From Octopus vulgaris (lineage: Eukaryota): a DNA stretch of 64,000 nt. The first letter of the stretch is position 1, and each line of letters starts with the position of its first letter. The translations under genes were made by a program, and so were the position numbers. The stretch lies in the NCBI GenBank assembly GCA_951406725.2, contig OX597838.1, positions 40,114,001 through 40,178,000 of the forward strand. The letters run 5' to 3'. Shown piece after piece: positions 49,397 through 64,000 of this stretch. The notes below the pieces were generated by a model. The model was not told the origin of the DNA. It searched no databases and saw only the letters and a program-made list of their open reading frames with translations.

Positions 49397-51005
49397 CAGC
49401 ATGATTTTTGTCTGAAGTCTTTCAATATGATGTCTGGCCTATTTGCATCTATCTTTCTGTCAGTTTGAATGGTGAAGTTCCAGAGGAGTGAGATGTGATC
49501 ATTTTCAAGCACTGGTGGTGGTTTGTGTTCCCACAAGATTTTATCATGGGGCAAGTCCAGGTTTTTACAAATTACCCAGTGAATATATTGTGCTGCTCTA
49601 TCATGTCTGTTGAGATACTCTGTAGGCGCAAGAATACTGCACATAGAAGCAACATGATCAATGGTTTCATTTTGTTGTTTACATACACGACATGTTGGGC
49701 TACTACCGTTCTTTAATATGCTGGCCTGGTAGCTCCTTGTTGGTAGGCATTGATGTTGGGTTGCTATGATAAACCCTTCTGTTTCTGATTTTAAGCCAGA
49801 AGATACTAACCACTGATGGGTTAGGGCTTTGTCAACATCGGCACTATTTGCTCTGAGAGGTTTTTCTTACCATTTATCAGTAAGAATATCTAAGACATCA
49901 GTTTTAGCACGGGTTTTCATATGCTTAGCTTTTCCTGTGCCTGTTTCTAGTATGTCTAATACTAAAATTTGTTGTATTTGGATTTCACTTAGATATTTCT
50001 TTGCCTGTTTCGTTACTGAGTATGATGCTTTCTTGTTTTCATGCTTTGAGACAAGTTTTAATATCCAGTCATCAGAGTTTTTCAGGTAGGTGTCTATGCC
50101 AATTGTGACAATCTTCATTGTTAATTCCAGTTGTAAAAGTCAATGGCCACCCTTTTTTCTTGGTAGATAAAGTCGATCTATAACTGCCTTAGGGTGGTGC
50201 ATTCTATGCATTGTCAACAGTTTTCGTATTTTTCTGTCAAGATTACATATTTCAGTGATTGGCTAGTTAATGATATTGAAACTGTCAGCCACGATCGGTA
50301 TGGCTAAATTATTGATCTCTTCGATCCTGTTTCTTGCATTCGGCTCTGTCTTGAGTATTACCCTTACTTTGCGATAACATTCTCTTCTGATCCTTTCCCT
50401 CATCATTGAATGTTTGATTCCATCACCTTCAAATACCCCTAAGTATTTACAGCTCTCCAAGGGTTCTAACTCCTTTATGACACTCTGCTGGCCAATGTTA
50501 ACGTTGGATGTTTATCCCATTTTTCCTTTGCTAAAGGTAGCTTTTGCACATTTATCGAGGCCAAATTGCATCTTGATGTCATCACTGAATTGTTTTGACA
50601 ATTGCTAGTATGCCCTGTAGTTGTTGGTCATTTTTTGCAAAGAGCTTCAAATCATTCATGTAAATGAGATGATTTATATTTTTATCAAACATGTTATAGC
50701 CATATTGTACATCATCGAGCAAAATCGAGAGTGGTATTGAGGCTAGACAAAAGAGGAGTGGTAATAGTCACCATGGAAAATACCACATGAAATTCTTACA
50801 TCTCCAGCATTGAGAGATTCATTGTGACTGTTCAAAGTCAGTGTGGTTCATCCATGATCTCATACTCACAGACAAGAAGTTTCGCAGAGTAGGTGCTATA
50901 TTATACATTTCCAGGCATTTCTTAATCTAGCTATGGAGTAGACTAACAAAAGCTTTTTTATAGTCTATTCAGGTTATCGACAAGTTTTTGTGTCATTTGT
51001 GACAA
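49396..51005 (-). mobile_element. R4/Dong-like non-LTR element (RT C-terminal half to REL endonuclease start), decayed
   Basis: CKYLGVFE, ECYRKVRVILKTEPNARNRIEEINNLAIP and YLNRHD..A.YIHW..C...WNFTIQTDRKIDANRPDI match the R4-clade layout. Confidence 0.8.
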
Positions 51006-51164
51006 TCTGCCGCTGCGTACTGAGTTCAAATTCCGCCGAGGTTGACTTTGCCTTTCACCCTTTCGGGGTCGATGAAATAAGTACCAGTTACGCACTGGAG
51101 TCGACGTAATCGACTAGCGCCCCCCCCCCCCAAAAAAAAAAATTTCAAGGCAGGCCCGGCCAAC

Positions 51165-53600
51165 GGTACTTCCATACCTGTAGAGTTTATCCCGAACCGG
51201 TAATGCCCTTCGGTGGTACTGCCGAGCCAGAGACCTTTGGAAAGTCCAGACAAGCCAGCTCATTCTCATCGACACTCAGACTCTCCCCAACAACGTCGTC
51301 ATACTTGCCCGCCATTAATCCTCTACAGAATGCTTGAGTAGAAATTCCACCGACACCATTGTCTGACGGAAAGACTGTGAGCACCTGACGATACTCTAGG
51401 TGCCAGGATACACTTGATCAAGGACTATAGCTCAGGCAAAGAGTCGAGCTGTGGCAATATCATGTCTGAGAAAAGGCGACCACATCTGCTCACCGTCTTG
51501 GATGTACTGCAGTCACGACATGCCCAGCCCTCCATTCAATGGGTGTTGACAGCAAATGGAGCGCCTGACCAGTGGAATGTGCCCCTTCCACAGAAAGCGG
51601 TAAAGTTTGCGCTCCAGTTTGGTCAGATGTGAAGTGGGGCATGGCCTGACGGTCAGGCGATAATACACGATAGAGATGTATGCATTCACCATCTCAGCCT
51701 GACCTTTCAGGGATAGCTTTCTCTCGGCCCATTTCTGGGTGAGATTGGCCACTCTGCTCGTCACCTCGTCCCAGTTCTTCTCCGGCGAGCTGGCAGAATC
51801 GTTAGCACGCCGGACGAAATGATTAGCGGTATTTCATCTGCCGTTCAAATTCCGCCGAGGTCGATTTTGCCTTTCATCCTTTCGGGGTCGATTAAATAAC
51901 TACCAGTTACGCACTGGGGTCGATATAATCGACTTAATCCGTTTGTCTGTCCTTGTTTGTCCTCTCTGTGTTTAGCTCCTTGTGGGTAGTAAAGAAATAG
52001 GTATTTCATATGTCTTTACGTTCTGAGTTCAAATTCCACCGAGGTCGATTTTACCTTTCATCCTTTCGGCGTCGATAAATTAAGTACCAGTTGCGTACTG
52101 GGGTCGATCTAATCGACTGACCCCCTCCCCCAAAATTTTGGGTCTTGTACCTAGAGTAGAACAGAATTCTTCTCTTAGAGTTCTGGACCGAACCAGACCC
52201 CGAACAATTTAACTGGTTCAGTGTCCTAAGACGTTATTGACGGAATGGGCCTGCCTCTCCAGGCGCCGAACTGCAGGACCACTGACTTTTTGGGGTTAAT
52301 TTTTGCTCCTGTTACCGACTCGTATTCTTTTAGAGCAGTGCCTACGAGATCAATGTGCTTGTTGTTCAACACTATGATGGCGACGACGTCTGCGAAAGCT
52401 GACGTCCTAGTTCCCACGAGATTCATCTCAACACCTCTAATTTTCGCAGTAAGGACTCAAGAGCCAATACATACAGAAGAGACGAGAGGGGACACATTTG
52501 ACGGACTGAATACCTGATGTTGAACGGTTCCAATACGTGACCATCCTCCTGAGTAAATGTTGCAGCACATTTCTGCAATCCAGCCACGGAAAACGGGACC
52601 AAAACCGGATGCCGTGAGTATAGCTGTCAAGTATTGGTATTCCACCCTATCGAAAGCTTTAGATTGATCCAAATTGATCAGGGCTCCACCCATACCAAGT
52701 ACCTTACCCACCCGGTCTATGATTTATCTCACGACGTGGAAGTTGTGGATGGATCTGCTTGAAATAGTGTATATTTGCGCATCACTAACCTGTTTCTAGA
52801 CGACAACCTCTTTGCTAATACCTTGTAGCGTTATGGGCCTAAAGTTTTCTATTTGGTCTTTCTTATTTGGATCCTTTCTTTACCACCGCTCTCGACTCAT
52901 AGAATTGGGAATCGTCCCGTTCTGATGCCAGTTGCATTAGATATCTGCCAAAAGGCTACCAGACAAACGTCCGGCATATAGAAATAAAATTCATATAGCA
53001 GACTACCCATACCAGGTGATTTGCCTCCGTGCAGCTCATCATCGCATCTCGTATTTCCGCTGCAGTTATCTGCATTTCGCAACACCCCTTCTCCCTTTCG
53101 AAGTAGGCACTGAAGTCCATCCTACGTTCCGGACTACCGTTCATCTCAAACAGTTGGGCGAGGTGCTATTGGAATGCTGCACACATCTGTTCAGACACGA
53201 GTACCATGCGCCTATTTTAGTCCACCAGAATTGATGCGCCTCTACCTCTCAGGCCAATCAAGCAGCTTTCGTTCCTTCTTGTCTTAGAGCACACACACAC
53301 CTTAGCTCTGACAGTGCAACTTACATGTTTAGCGTTGAAGAATTGGTCGAGGGACAATCTCGCCGCCAGCATGTCAGTTTCAGCGCCTCTTCTAAGTTTC
53401 TAACTAGGTTCCCTTCTACTTTATTCCTTTCTCCCACTAATACCTTACTAAACCTGATTCTACTCTAATTACCCTTTCAGGGCAAAATACCATTTGTTAA
53501 GAGCCCCACCCCCGTCAACGCCATCTTAACTAATTCTCTAATCCGGTCTCTAATCTTAGCACGCTTCAAATATGGATGAAAAACAGCCAGACGAATATAA
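51165..53600 (-). mobile_element. L1/Tx1-like LINE RT region, heavily decayed, interrupted by a SINE
   Basis: GKSPG..L.YEFY, LINLDQSKAFDRV, SAFAD, YESVTGAKINPKKS and W..RKLSLKG...RFLWKG...GGLG. Confidence 0.75.
51783..52166 (+). mobile_element. tRNA-derived SINE family B, dimeric, with TSD ttcttctc
   Basis: Two gttcaaattcc.ccgaggtcga modules; ttcttctc at 51775-51782 and 52167-52174. Confidence 0.85.
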
Positions 53601-53672
53601 AAATATCAAACATGCATGTGTTTTGTCCACAAACTGGCAATGCACATACCTTGTGTTAAAAATCATTTCTTT

Positions 53673-55293
<1,621 letters not shown>

Positions 55294-55447
55294 CATGTAA
55301 AATTTAATGCATTATTTTGTATGAAACTTATCTTTCTATTCTCTCTAATTACGCAAACATGCAAACATACCTTTTATTGCGCCAACACAATTGAATTCAG
55401 AAATTCAAAAATTCAACGACGTGAATATCAGTATATATATATATATA

Positions 55448-55512
<65 letters not shown>

Positions 55513-55516
55513 TTAA

Positions 55517-55717
55517 CTCTTTTACTTGTTTCAGTCATTTGACTGCGGCCATGCTGGAGCACCGCCTTTAGTCGAGCAAATCGACCCCGGGACTTATTCC
55601 TTGTAAGCCTAGTACTTATTCTATCGGTCTCTTTTTGCCGAACCGCTAAGTGACGGGGACGTAAACACACCAGCATCGGTTGTCAAGCAATGCTAGGGGG
55701 ACAAACACAGACACACA

Positions 55718-55773
<56 letters not shown>

Positions 55774-55929
55774 TACGATAGGCTTCTTTCAGTTTCCGTC
55801 CACCAAATCCACTCACAAGGCATTGGTCGTCACGGGGCTATAGCAGAAGACATTTGCCCAAGATGCCACGCAGTGGGACTGAACACGGAACCATGTAGTT
55901 GGTTAGCGAGCTACTTACCACACAGCCAC
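55517..55929 (-). mobile_element. tRNA-derived SINE, family A
   Basis: Near-identical to 39466-39868. Confidence 0.9.
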
Positions 55930-55934
55930 ATATA

Positions 55935-56114
55935 TGGTAAATTTTTTTAAAATCGTAGACTCATCGTAGAAGTGCGCTAATACCCAGACGGGCTCGATAT
56001 GAATCACGACTATAAGACACCCGGTTTTGGTTAAACTGCACCGCAAAATGTGGGAGTAGTTAGGAATCTAAATCGTAGGAGACAGACACACAACTTTAGT
56101 TTTATATATAAAGA
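55935..56114 (-). mobile_element. Helitron 5' fragment
   Basis: Matches ~45120-45300; the minus strand begins A|TCtttatatataaaa. Confidence 0.8.
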
Positions 56115-56919
56115 TATGTTTTCAGACTATTAATCTCATATTCTCTGTTTTGTAAAACACTATCTTTCAGTTTGAACTATTCATTGCCAAGAACCATATT
56201 TTCCATGCTTAAGACAGGGATTGAACTCAAACTTTATTTTACACAATATCCATTGTTGTCACATGGACAAGATACATAAGGGTATTGGTACCCAGTTTAA
56301 AATAAAAGCAAAGTTGGATTTGGAGGAATATGAGCCTGCTTACATAAAATATCAATAATAACTAAAACTAAGCAAATAAAATCAAAAGCTTTTCATTGGA
56401 TCTTTAAAGGAAAAATAAGATAGAAACTTGTTTATTACTCTTTTTATTCCAACCTATTTATTTCTTTAAAAATATTGTTTAAATATTTTTGATTATTTAT
56501 TAAAATATTACAATTAACCTGAAGATTGACTGTAAACATAACTCGAATTATTAATTGAATTTAAATTATTGTTATTCGAATTGGTTACGGGCATGAAACG
56601 ATCGTAGTGTATTTACTCTTTATCTTATATTAAACTTTTAATAAATAAATATAGAAATATAAAAAAATATAAATAAAAAAAATAATTAAATAAAATAATA
56701 ATAAAAAAATATATATATATTTATAATTTATAAGTTTAAATTATTAATTTAAATAATTTTTAAAAATTTTAACTTTAATTTAAATATTTTAATTGGATTA
56801 TTATATTTTATATTTTATATTTTTTATATATTTTAATTAATTTTATTTCTATGTATTGGCTTATGATTTTCACTGTTTCATTTGCCTAATAGTGGTTTTA
56901 TCTCTAATCTAATATAATA

Positions 56920-56972
<53 letters not shown>

Positions 56973-57014
56973 ATATATATTATATATATATATTATATAT
57001 AAAATAGTAATAAC

Positions 57015-57830
57015 AGTGTAGCACCGCCGTTTTGTGCTACACTGTTATTACTAAGAGCCTCCTCTAATATGTGGCACTTGATGAAGAATGGACTTTGATA
57101 TAGCTACCCTCATTTGCACCTCTTGTCGTGAAGTAGGTTCATCTGGGACTCTCGACAGGAAGATGTCCAGCTTTGATTTAAAAACCACTACATCTACTTT
57201 GTGCAAGTTCCTCAGTCTCTATTACTGCATACCTCTCCCGTCTTCTCTCCAGGGAGTAGAGTCTTAGCTGTTTCAACCTTTCCCAGTAGCTGAGCTGTTG
57301 CAAAGAGACGATCTTTTGTGAATCTTCTCTGGATTGCTTCAAGGTCCGCTGTTAATCTCACACTGGTGGGTGACCATAGCTGTGAGCAGTAATCCAGGCG
57401 GCTGAGGACGAATGTCCGCCAGAGGATCGTCATGGTTTCCTTATCTCTGGTTCTGAATGTTCTAAGGATCCATCCAGCCAGTCGTCTGCACTCTGCCGCC
57501 ATCCTGGTAATGTGCACTTGGAAAGAGGTATCATCACTCATATCGATACCCAGGTCCCTCACTGACTTAGGCTCTGGGATTGAAATTCCCTGTGGACCGG
57601 TGTACCTTGTAGGTTTAATATTAAGATTTGGATGCTGGTAGTGCAAGGCCTGGAATTTTTCAGCATTAAACTGCATATTTATTATCCTCAGCCCGTCTGT
57701 AAATTGAGTCCAACTCCTGCTGCAGGTGTGCAATATCGCTGGGGTTCTGTATTTTCTGTAAGACTTTCGTATCATCTGCATAGCTTGCTAGCGTGGCTAT
57801 CTGGGAATTTGAGGGCATATCTGAGAGGGT
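57015..57830 (-). mobile_element. CR1-group LINE 3' fragment with an internal deletion
   Basis: MQFNAEKFQ, VRDLGI and DYCSQLW; close to the reverse complement of ~30715-31685. Confidence 0.85.
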
Positions 57831-60518
57831 CACAACTGCTTAGCCTCCCAAGCTAACCTGTCATATCTCTCAACTTTTCTTTCTTCCTTATCGCATACCT
57901 TGTCGGTTTGGCATGCTATATCTATGATCCAGCATAGTTTGCTTTCTCTCTCATTTAAGATTATATCTGGATTCCTATTCTCTATCACATGGTCGCACTG
58001 AATCATAAAATCCCATAGGATCTTTTCATTATCATTTTCGATGATGCCTTCGGGTTTATGGTTGTACCAATTTTTTGCTCTGTCAAGTCCATACTTGTTG
58101 CAAAGTGTCCAATGGACAAGCCTGGCTATATTGACGTCGCGTCTATTATATTCCTTCTCGGCTAGTGGCGTACATTGGCTGGTGATAAGCCATACGATTC
58201 AGAGCCTCCGTTTCCGGTTTTAAATCACTTTTAGTCACCCACAGCCATCTTTTTTCTTTGTCTTATCTTCAACATCCCTATGAAATTGTCCATGCATCCT
58301 TTTCTTTACCCACCTATTTTCAGTTTCATTTGTTTTCAATTGCTTGTATAGTGCTTTATCTTTGCAATCTTTCATCCTACACAAGCCTGACCTTACCCCT
58401 AATAATAGCGGTTCTGTGGCACTTTTTACATTCCATGCTATGTTGTTTTCTCTGCTCTGATGCTGTGTTCGCATACAATAAGTCCTCTTGCCCCTTTTTT
58501 CTTGGTAGATACAATCTGTCTGTGTCACTTTTTGGTGGAGTGACCCATATCTTGTTAGCAACTTCCTTGTCTTTCTGTCTAAGCGGTTTAGTTCGTCTAT
58601 TGTCCATGCGATTGCCCCTGCTCCGTATCTAAGGAGTGAAACCGCCCAGATGTTGATAGCTTCGATCTTATTCCGCCCGTTTAATTTCGACTTAAGGATC
58701 AATCTCAGTCTGCGCAAGTATTCCACCTTAAATTTTTCTGTCATTTCTTCCTCCATCAATTTATCCATTTCCAAAATTCCCAAGAACTTATAGCCCGTCT
58801 CTTCTATCTGCTTTATAACCTTCAGCGATGGTATCGTTAGCCCGTCCATACATTTGATTGTGCCTCTCTTCAAGACTAACTCACCACACTGTCTCAGTTC
58901 GAACTCCATTCTGATATCAGCACTGAAAGTATACACCATATCAACGATGGGACTGACATAGGATTCATCTTTACCATGAAGTTTGAGGTCATCTATGAAT
59001 AACAAATGGTTGACTTTTTGTTGGCGGCTTTTGAATACATACCCAACTTTTGCTTTCTTCAGATTCAGTGTCAGTGGTATCAAGCGCGGGACAAAGATCA
59101 GTGAGGAGAGGCAGTCCCCTTAGAAGATGCTCCTCCTGATTTCTACTGTCCCTAAGCTTCTTCCGTATGCTGTCAGGTCCGTCCTCCACTTCGTCATACT
59201 TTTTCCATGACATTCACCAAATCTTTTGATCCAGTAGCCTTGAACTCCATCTGGTCCCGAGGCCTTCCAGTTGCACTTTTTTTTTGCTGATTTCCTTCAC
59301 TTCCCTAACTGAAATGACTAGTTCTGTCTGTTTTGGACAAACTACTGTTTGTTTCAGTTCTTGCAACCATTCAACATCCTTCTTGTGCTCCTTGTCTTTG
59401 CTCCAGATGTCACTCCAAAACCTTTGACTTTCAACGTTATCTTTATCAACTTTTCATCTGTACACTCTCCATTTATTTCTTTATAGAATCTCTTCTGATC
59501 TACTCTGAATAGCCTATTCTGGTGGTAACCCTTCATTCTTTGAAATCTAATCTCACCATCTTTGCTTTCTTTGCAACGAGACGCTGTTTCATTTCCTCCA
59601 TTATCACTTTCAGGCCCTTTCTTTCAATGTTATACTTCCTTTTCAGCGCCCTGTATTTCTGTTCTCTTTCAAGCTCCCCTTTTTCTCTTATCGGTCAAAC
59701 ACAAAAATGTCCCTCGAAAGCACGTCCAACCCTGCCTGGATTCTTCTTTTCCACCATGGATTTTTCTTTTGTCCCTCCCATTATATTTCTTTTTCTTGAC
59801 ATCAACACCCACGTTTTCTGCTACAATAATACTTGCTGCTTTGATCAAATTATTTGTTTCTATGATGTTGTTTGTTCTGATGTATTTCAGAATTTCATTG
59901 ACATTTTTCGTTTCTTCGTTCAATTTTTGCCGATCAACCCTTTTAAGGGTGTAAATGATGTCGCTATCGTTCTCCTGTAGTCTTGCATTTATTCTGTCAC
60001 AAATTGCCTTTTGTTCATCTGTCATGTCGCTATTAGTTTTATTGTCTTCTTTTAGATCATCTATATGTCTCTCACCAAGTAAACTACCACTGCTCCTTTC
60101 CTGTGCTTTGAGATTACTTTTAATAGTAAGGACTGTATTTTCATTGTTATCTCTGCTGTTATTTTCCAAGACCCGTCTTTTGATAGCTTCCAGCTCTACT
60201 TCTGTGAACCAGCGACTTTTTCTTATTGCTTTAGCTTGATCATATAGTCTCTGTTCCGTGAGTTAAAACAATCCCTTTTCCCTCCAATGATCATACATAC
60301 GTTGCCGGTAACCCCTAATTTGAGCACCATTTTCATCTACCGAGTTGCTCAGGTAGTAACACTCCATGACCACAGCATTAATTTGCTTACTCCATCTACG
60401 CCGTGTGTGGTGGTCCCTTTCTGGATATCGACAGGCTGGAGCCGCACCAGAATCTCTGAGCCTGCCGGATACAACACTGTTACCATCATTGGCTACAGTT
60501 TCATTACCACCGTTATCT
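57831..60518 (-). mobile_element. R4/Dong-like non-LTR element, decayed
   Basis: N-terminal RRRWS...MECYY...GYRQRM..W; RT NHLLFIDDLKL, YKFLGILE and YLRRLRLILKSKLNGRNKIEAINIWAV; downstream zinc-knuckle/REL remnants. Confidence 0.8.
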
Positions 60519-60720
60519 TCTACCAATATAAGAGGAAAAAAACTTGCTCACTTTGGCTTTGGTAAGGATTCAATGGCACTAGACGTGCTAGGATCGAGCT
60601 GAAAATTGGCAGGGATACTAAATGCGTCGTGAGGATGCGACCCGCGATGGTTAAAATTCGCAGGCTATAAAGATGTGGTTGCTCTGGCAAAAAGATTGAT
60701 TTTTAAAAATATTTCAGCAT
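60519..60720 (+). mobile_element. Dispersed repeat starting TC (probable second Helitron family 5' end); paralogue at 61527
   Basis: tctaccaatataagagg...ggattcaatggcactagacgtgctaggatcgagctgaaaattggcaggg is shared with 61527-61700. Confidence 0.5.
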
Positions 60721-60868
60721 TCAGAAATAGATACGTTGTAAGGGGAACAACTCAGTAGTTTCAATGATAACATTTGCAAGTAACGACTGTACATAAATAT
60801 CAAGATTACTTATCTATTGCGAAATAATATGTGCGTGTGCATGCGTGTGTGCGGGTGTGAGTGCGGGA

Positions 60869-60931
<63 letters not shown>

Positions 60932-61130
60932 CATACGAGCGCGAGAGTTGGCTGTTAATTCAATCGAATATAAAGAAATCAAAAGCGTAGTTACAAAAGC
61001 AATTAATAATTTTAAGAATAATTTCGCCAAACCTGATAGTATAAAAGGTAATAATGATAAAAGATAATAAGAGTAGAAATTAATATTATTTTTAGCATGT
61101 AAGGGATCCACTGAGTGGTCTCTCCTCTTG

Positions 61131-61526
61131 TCTATATCTATAAAGCTGAAGTTGTCTGAGTGTGGCAGGTTTCGTAGCCTTCAACTAACACTATCTCCTC
61201 CGAGACCCTGCCGCGCAAGTTGACCAAAATTGAGAGTATGATAGAAGAAGGCTTGCTCTTCATTCCGTAGAAGAAAAAATTCAAATCGGACAATGTTAAC
61301 ACCAAAAATTATTTTCACCAGAAAGATGCTTATTTTCTATGACAACCCCTATTTTTTACGATTTTTTGACTGCTGTGTCGCCATTTTTCGGTGTATTTCA
61401 ACCAGAAAAATGTTCACTTAAAGAGAATAACAAGCTACATAATGCAAAATTTTTACTTTTCAAAACTTCCAATTCTAAAGGGTCGAAAAGAAAACAAACC
61501 CGAGCAACGCCGGGCAATACTGCTAG
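61131..61526 (+). mobile_element. Non-autonomous Helitron (different body, same 3' end)
   Basis: TC start; 3' end aaacccgagcaacgccgggcaatactgCTAG|T. Confidence 0.8.
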
Positions 61527-61950
61527 TCTACTTATATAAGAGGATAAAAACTTGACACTTTAGATTTGGGAAGGATTCAATGGCACTAGACGTGCTAGGA
61601 TCGAGCTGAAAATTGGCAGGGGTACTAAATGCGTGATGATGATCCGACTTGCGATGGTTAAAATTTGCAAGCTATAAAGATGTGGTTGCTATGGTAAAGA
61701 GAGTGAAAATTGACAAGTGTTTGTTTTTCCCTCTAATGGTTATCAGCATTTCTTCTTCCAATGCGTTCACTCTTTCTCTCACATTCTATATATCTCTCTC
61801 TCTCTCTCTCTCTCTCCATACGTCTGTCTATACATTCTCTCTATAACGGCGTTTCACAGCATCGGTGTCTCTCTGTCACTTTTTCTACCACTACCTTTCT
61901 CACTGTACTTCTGCCTGTATCTATAGAGAGAAAGCGTGACAGTAGCAACA
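61527..61950 (+). mobile_element. Probable second-family Helitron 5' part directly abutting the upstream Helitron CTAG
   Basis: CTAG|TCtacttatataagagg junction; homology to 60519-60720. Confidence 0.5.
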
Positions 61951-61956
61951 GGTTAA

Positions 61957-62076
61957 ATATATATTATATATATATTATATATATATATATATATATTACA
62001 TATATTATATATATATTATATATATTATATATATTACATATATTATATATATATTATATATATTACATATATTATA

Positions 62077-62136
<60 letters not shown>

Positions 62137-62195
62137 AATATATATATATTTATAATATATATATTTTATAATATATATATATATAATATATATAT

Positions 62196-62241
<46 letters not shown>
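61957..62241. repeat. (TA)n-rich microsatellite
   Basis: Directly visible. Confidence 0.95.
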
Positions 62242-62244
<3 letters not shown>

Positions 62245-62459
62245 ATTTAATTAAATTCGATTACGTAAAAACGTCGAAACTATGCATAGTACAAAGTTGA
62301 AGGGGATAAATGTTTTTAGTTCTCCTTTAGTTTCAGAATTACTACTATTTTGCGGTTTGAGTTTAGCTGCTCTTTCAAGTGAGTTGAACGGCCTGTCAGG
62401 GTCATTCCTTAATACTATTGTTGTATATATATATATATATATATAATATATATTCCTCG

Positions 62460-62540
62460 TCATAGCTGGAAAACTTGGTTATATGACTTCCTAAAAGATA
62501 GGAGTCAGGCAGTAGTGGCTAATGGAGCCACCTCTACGAA
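62460..62540 (+). mobile_element. Short CR1 RT fragment
   Basis: catagctggaaaacttgg...aggagtcaggcagtagtggctaatggagccacctct matches ~30580-30645. Confidence 0.7.
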
Positions 62541-62627
62541 CGAAAAACTTAAAAAATACAATTCCTTAAAATTTGAAATTCCAAGAATTTGAAGTATGAA
62601 ATCTATTACAATTAGTGCGTTAGGAAC

Positions 62628-62724
<97 letters not shown>

Positions 62725-63356
62725 ATGTACTTGTGTTTATGTTCTTTCAAAATTATCTCGAATTCATTTTCTGGATGGAGTCGCCGTATTTATTGTCGAT
62801 AAAAATCAATTTCTTCATTGTACTATAGAAAAATAAATACATTGAAATACGAAATATTCTAGTTTCGAAAGGTGTATTTTAATGTAGTTATTTTTCTATG
62901 ATACTATAGAAACCTTTATTCTCGCCTAGAGTTAATACAGCGACAACAGACAAAAAATTCAATCGAGAGAATTCTGAAAGTGCACAAACATATACGTACA
63001 TACTCACATGTATACCGATGAGTATGCTTACATACAAACACACACTGACGTGCTCACACGTGTAAATACATACTTAGCTATTGCATAGTTTAAGCTTGAA
63101 AAAAAATTACACCCTTGGTTTACACCATTTCTATAAACGGGGATCTTAAAAACATATTCCAGTGACGCCATGATATCTGATCCCCTCCAAAAACACCAGC
63201 AGCGCATTCATTATACGAATGAAACAGTTGTGTAACATACTACGTTCTTCCCACTTCTTAAAACATGTAGGTAAAACGCTGCATAAAAGCTGCTTCGTGT
63301 GGGAAAAGGTTATTGAGAGACGAATACGAATATTAAGGACGAGAAGGTCGGTGATG

Positions 63357-63751
63357 GGATCTTTTCGGTTTGAACGGCAGTTTTTAACATAATTTTTAGG
63401 TAACTAAAAAATTTTAAACTTCGTATACTGGTAGAATGTGTTTATAAAACATCTTTTTTTTTCTCTTGGCTTTATTGAGAAAATTCTATAGTTTGTAAGA
63501 TATTTGTTGTTTCTTTTCCTCAATTTCTGCAATTTCAACCAATCAATGACGTCTATTGAGTTAAAAAGCATTCTGTTTAAGAAACAGATTGGGTTTATTT
63601 ACATTTGTGAAGAAAAAAAAAGATGCCCTTCCCCCCACCCCTAATCCTAAAACAGATTGAAATGCAATAGATCGATACTAGGGTCATAATTATGGGTGAC
63701 AAATTCATATGACACAGCTAGAAAAAACTGCCGTTCAAACCGAAAAGATCC
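63357..63751. mobile_element. MITE, same family as 40711, opposite orientation, perfect 8-bp TSD cggtgatg
   Basis: TIR ggatcttttcggtttgaacggcagttttt / aaaaactgccgttcaaaccgaaaagatcc; cggtgatg at 63349-63356 and 63752-63759. Confidence 0.92.
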
Positions 63752-63927
63752 CGGTGATGCATAATAGAAAGGAGACAATAATCAAACTCTATGGGGTTGA
63801 TAGTGTGAGTCGGAGTTTTGTCCGACAACGCAGTTCAGTTGTTAGAAAGAGTGCCACTGACAAGAATATTAATATTGCACAGCACTACAGATAACAGATT
63901 TACAAAAATATATCATACGAAGATAAC

Positions 63928-64000
63928 CCGCAGGAGTGGCTGTGTGGTAAGTAGCTTGTTTACCAACCACATGGTTCTGGGTTCAGTCCCACTGCGTGGC
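63928..64000 (+). mobile_element. tRNA-derived SINE family A, 5' end (cut by the window edge)
   Basis: gcaggagtggctgtgtggtaagtagcttg...gggttcagtcccactgcgtggc. Confidence 0.85.

Overview
This is eukaryotic, AT-rich, repeat-saturated genomic DNA. The SINE/LINE/Penelope repertoire, the long (TA)n and (AAT)n tracts and a tandem C2H2 gene are what I would expect of an octopus (coleoid cephalopod) genome; that assignment is an inference. The only intact host gene is a single-coding-exon, 13-finger C2H2 zinc-finger gene on the minus strand (3502-4713). Its DNA-contacting residues repeat with an almost perfect 3-finger period while the scaffold residues have diverged. It may have upstream non-coding exons and a promoter as far away as ~41.5 kb. 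The rest is decayed mobile DNA: CR1-group, RTE, R4/Dong-like and L1/Tx1-like LINEs; two Penelope-like elements, one with hammerhead ribozymes in inverted copies; two tRNA-derived SINE families; non-autonomous Helitrons; a piggyBac-type MITE; and TTAGGG-carrying MITEs with 8-bp TSDs. Structural oddities include a 1.4-kb near-perfect palindrome centred on (TA)10 followed by a tandem duplication, a 48-bp templated insertion copied from a neighbouring LINE, and a 1.6-kb (AAT)n tract. Most other ORFs in the supplied track are microsatellite or antisense artefacts. Boundaries of decayed elements are approximate.
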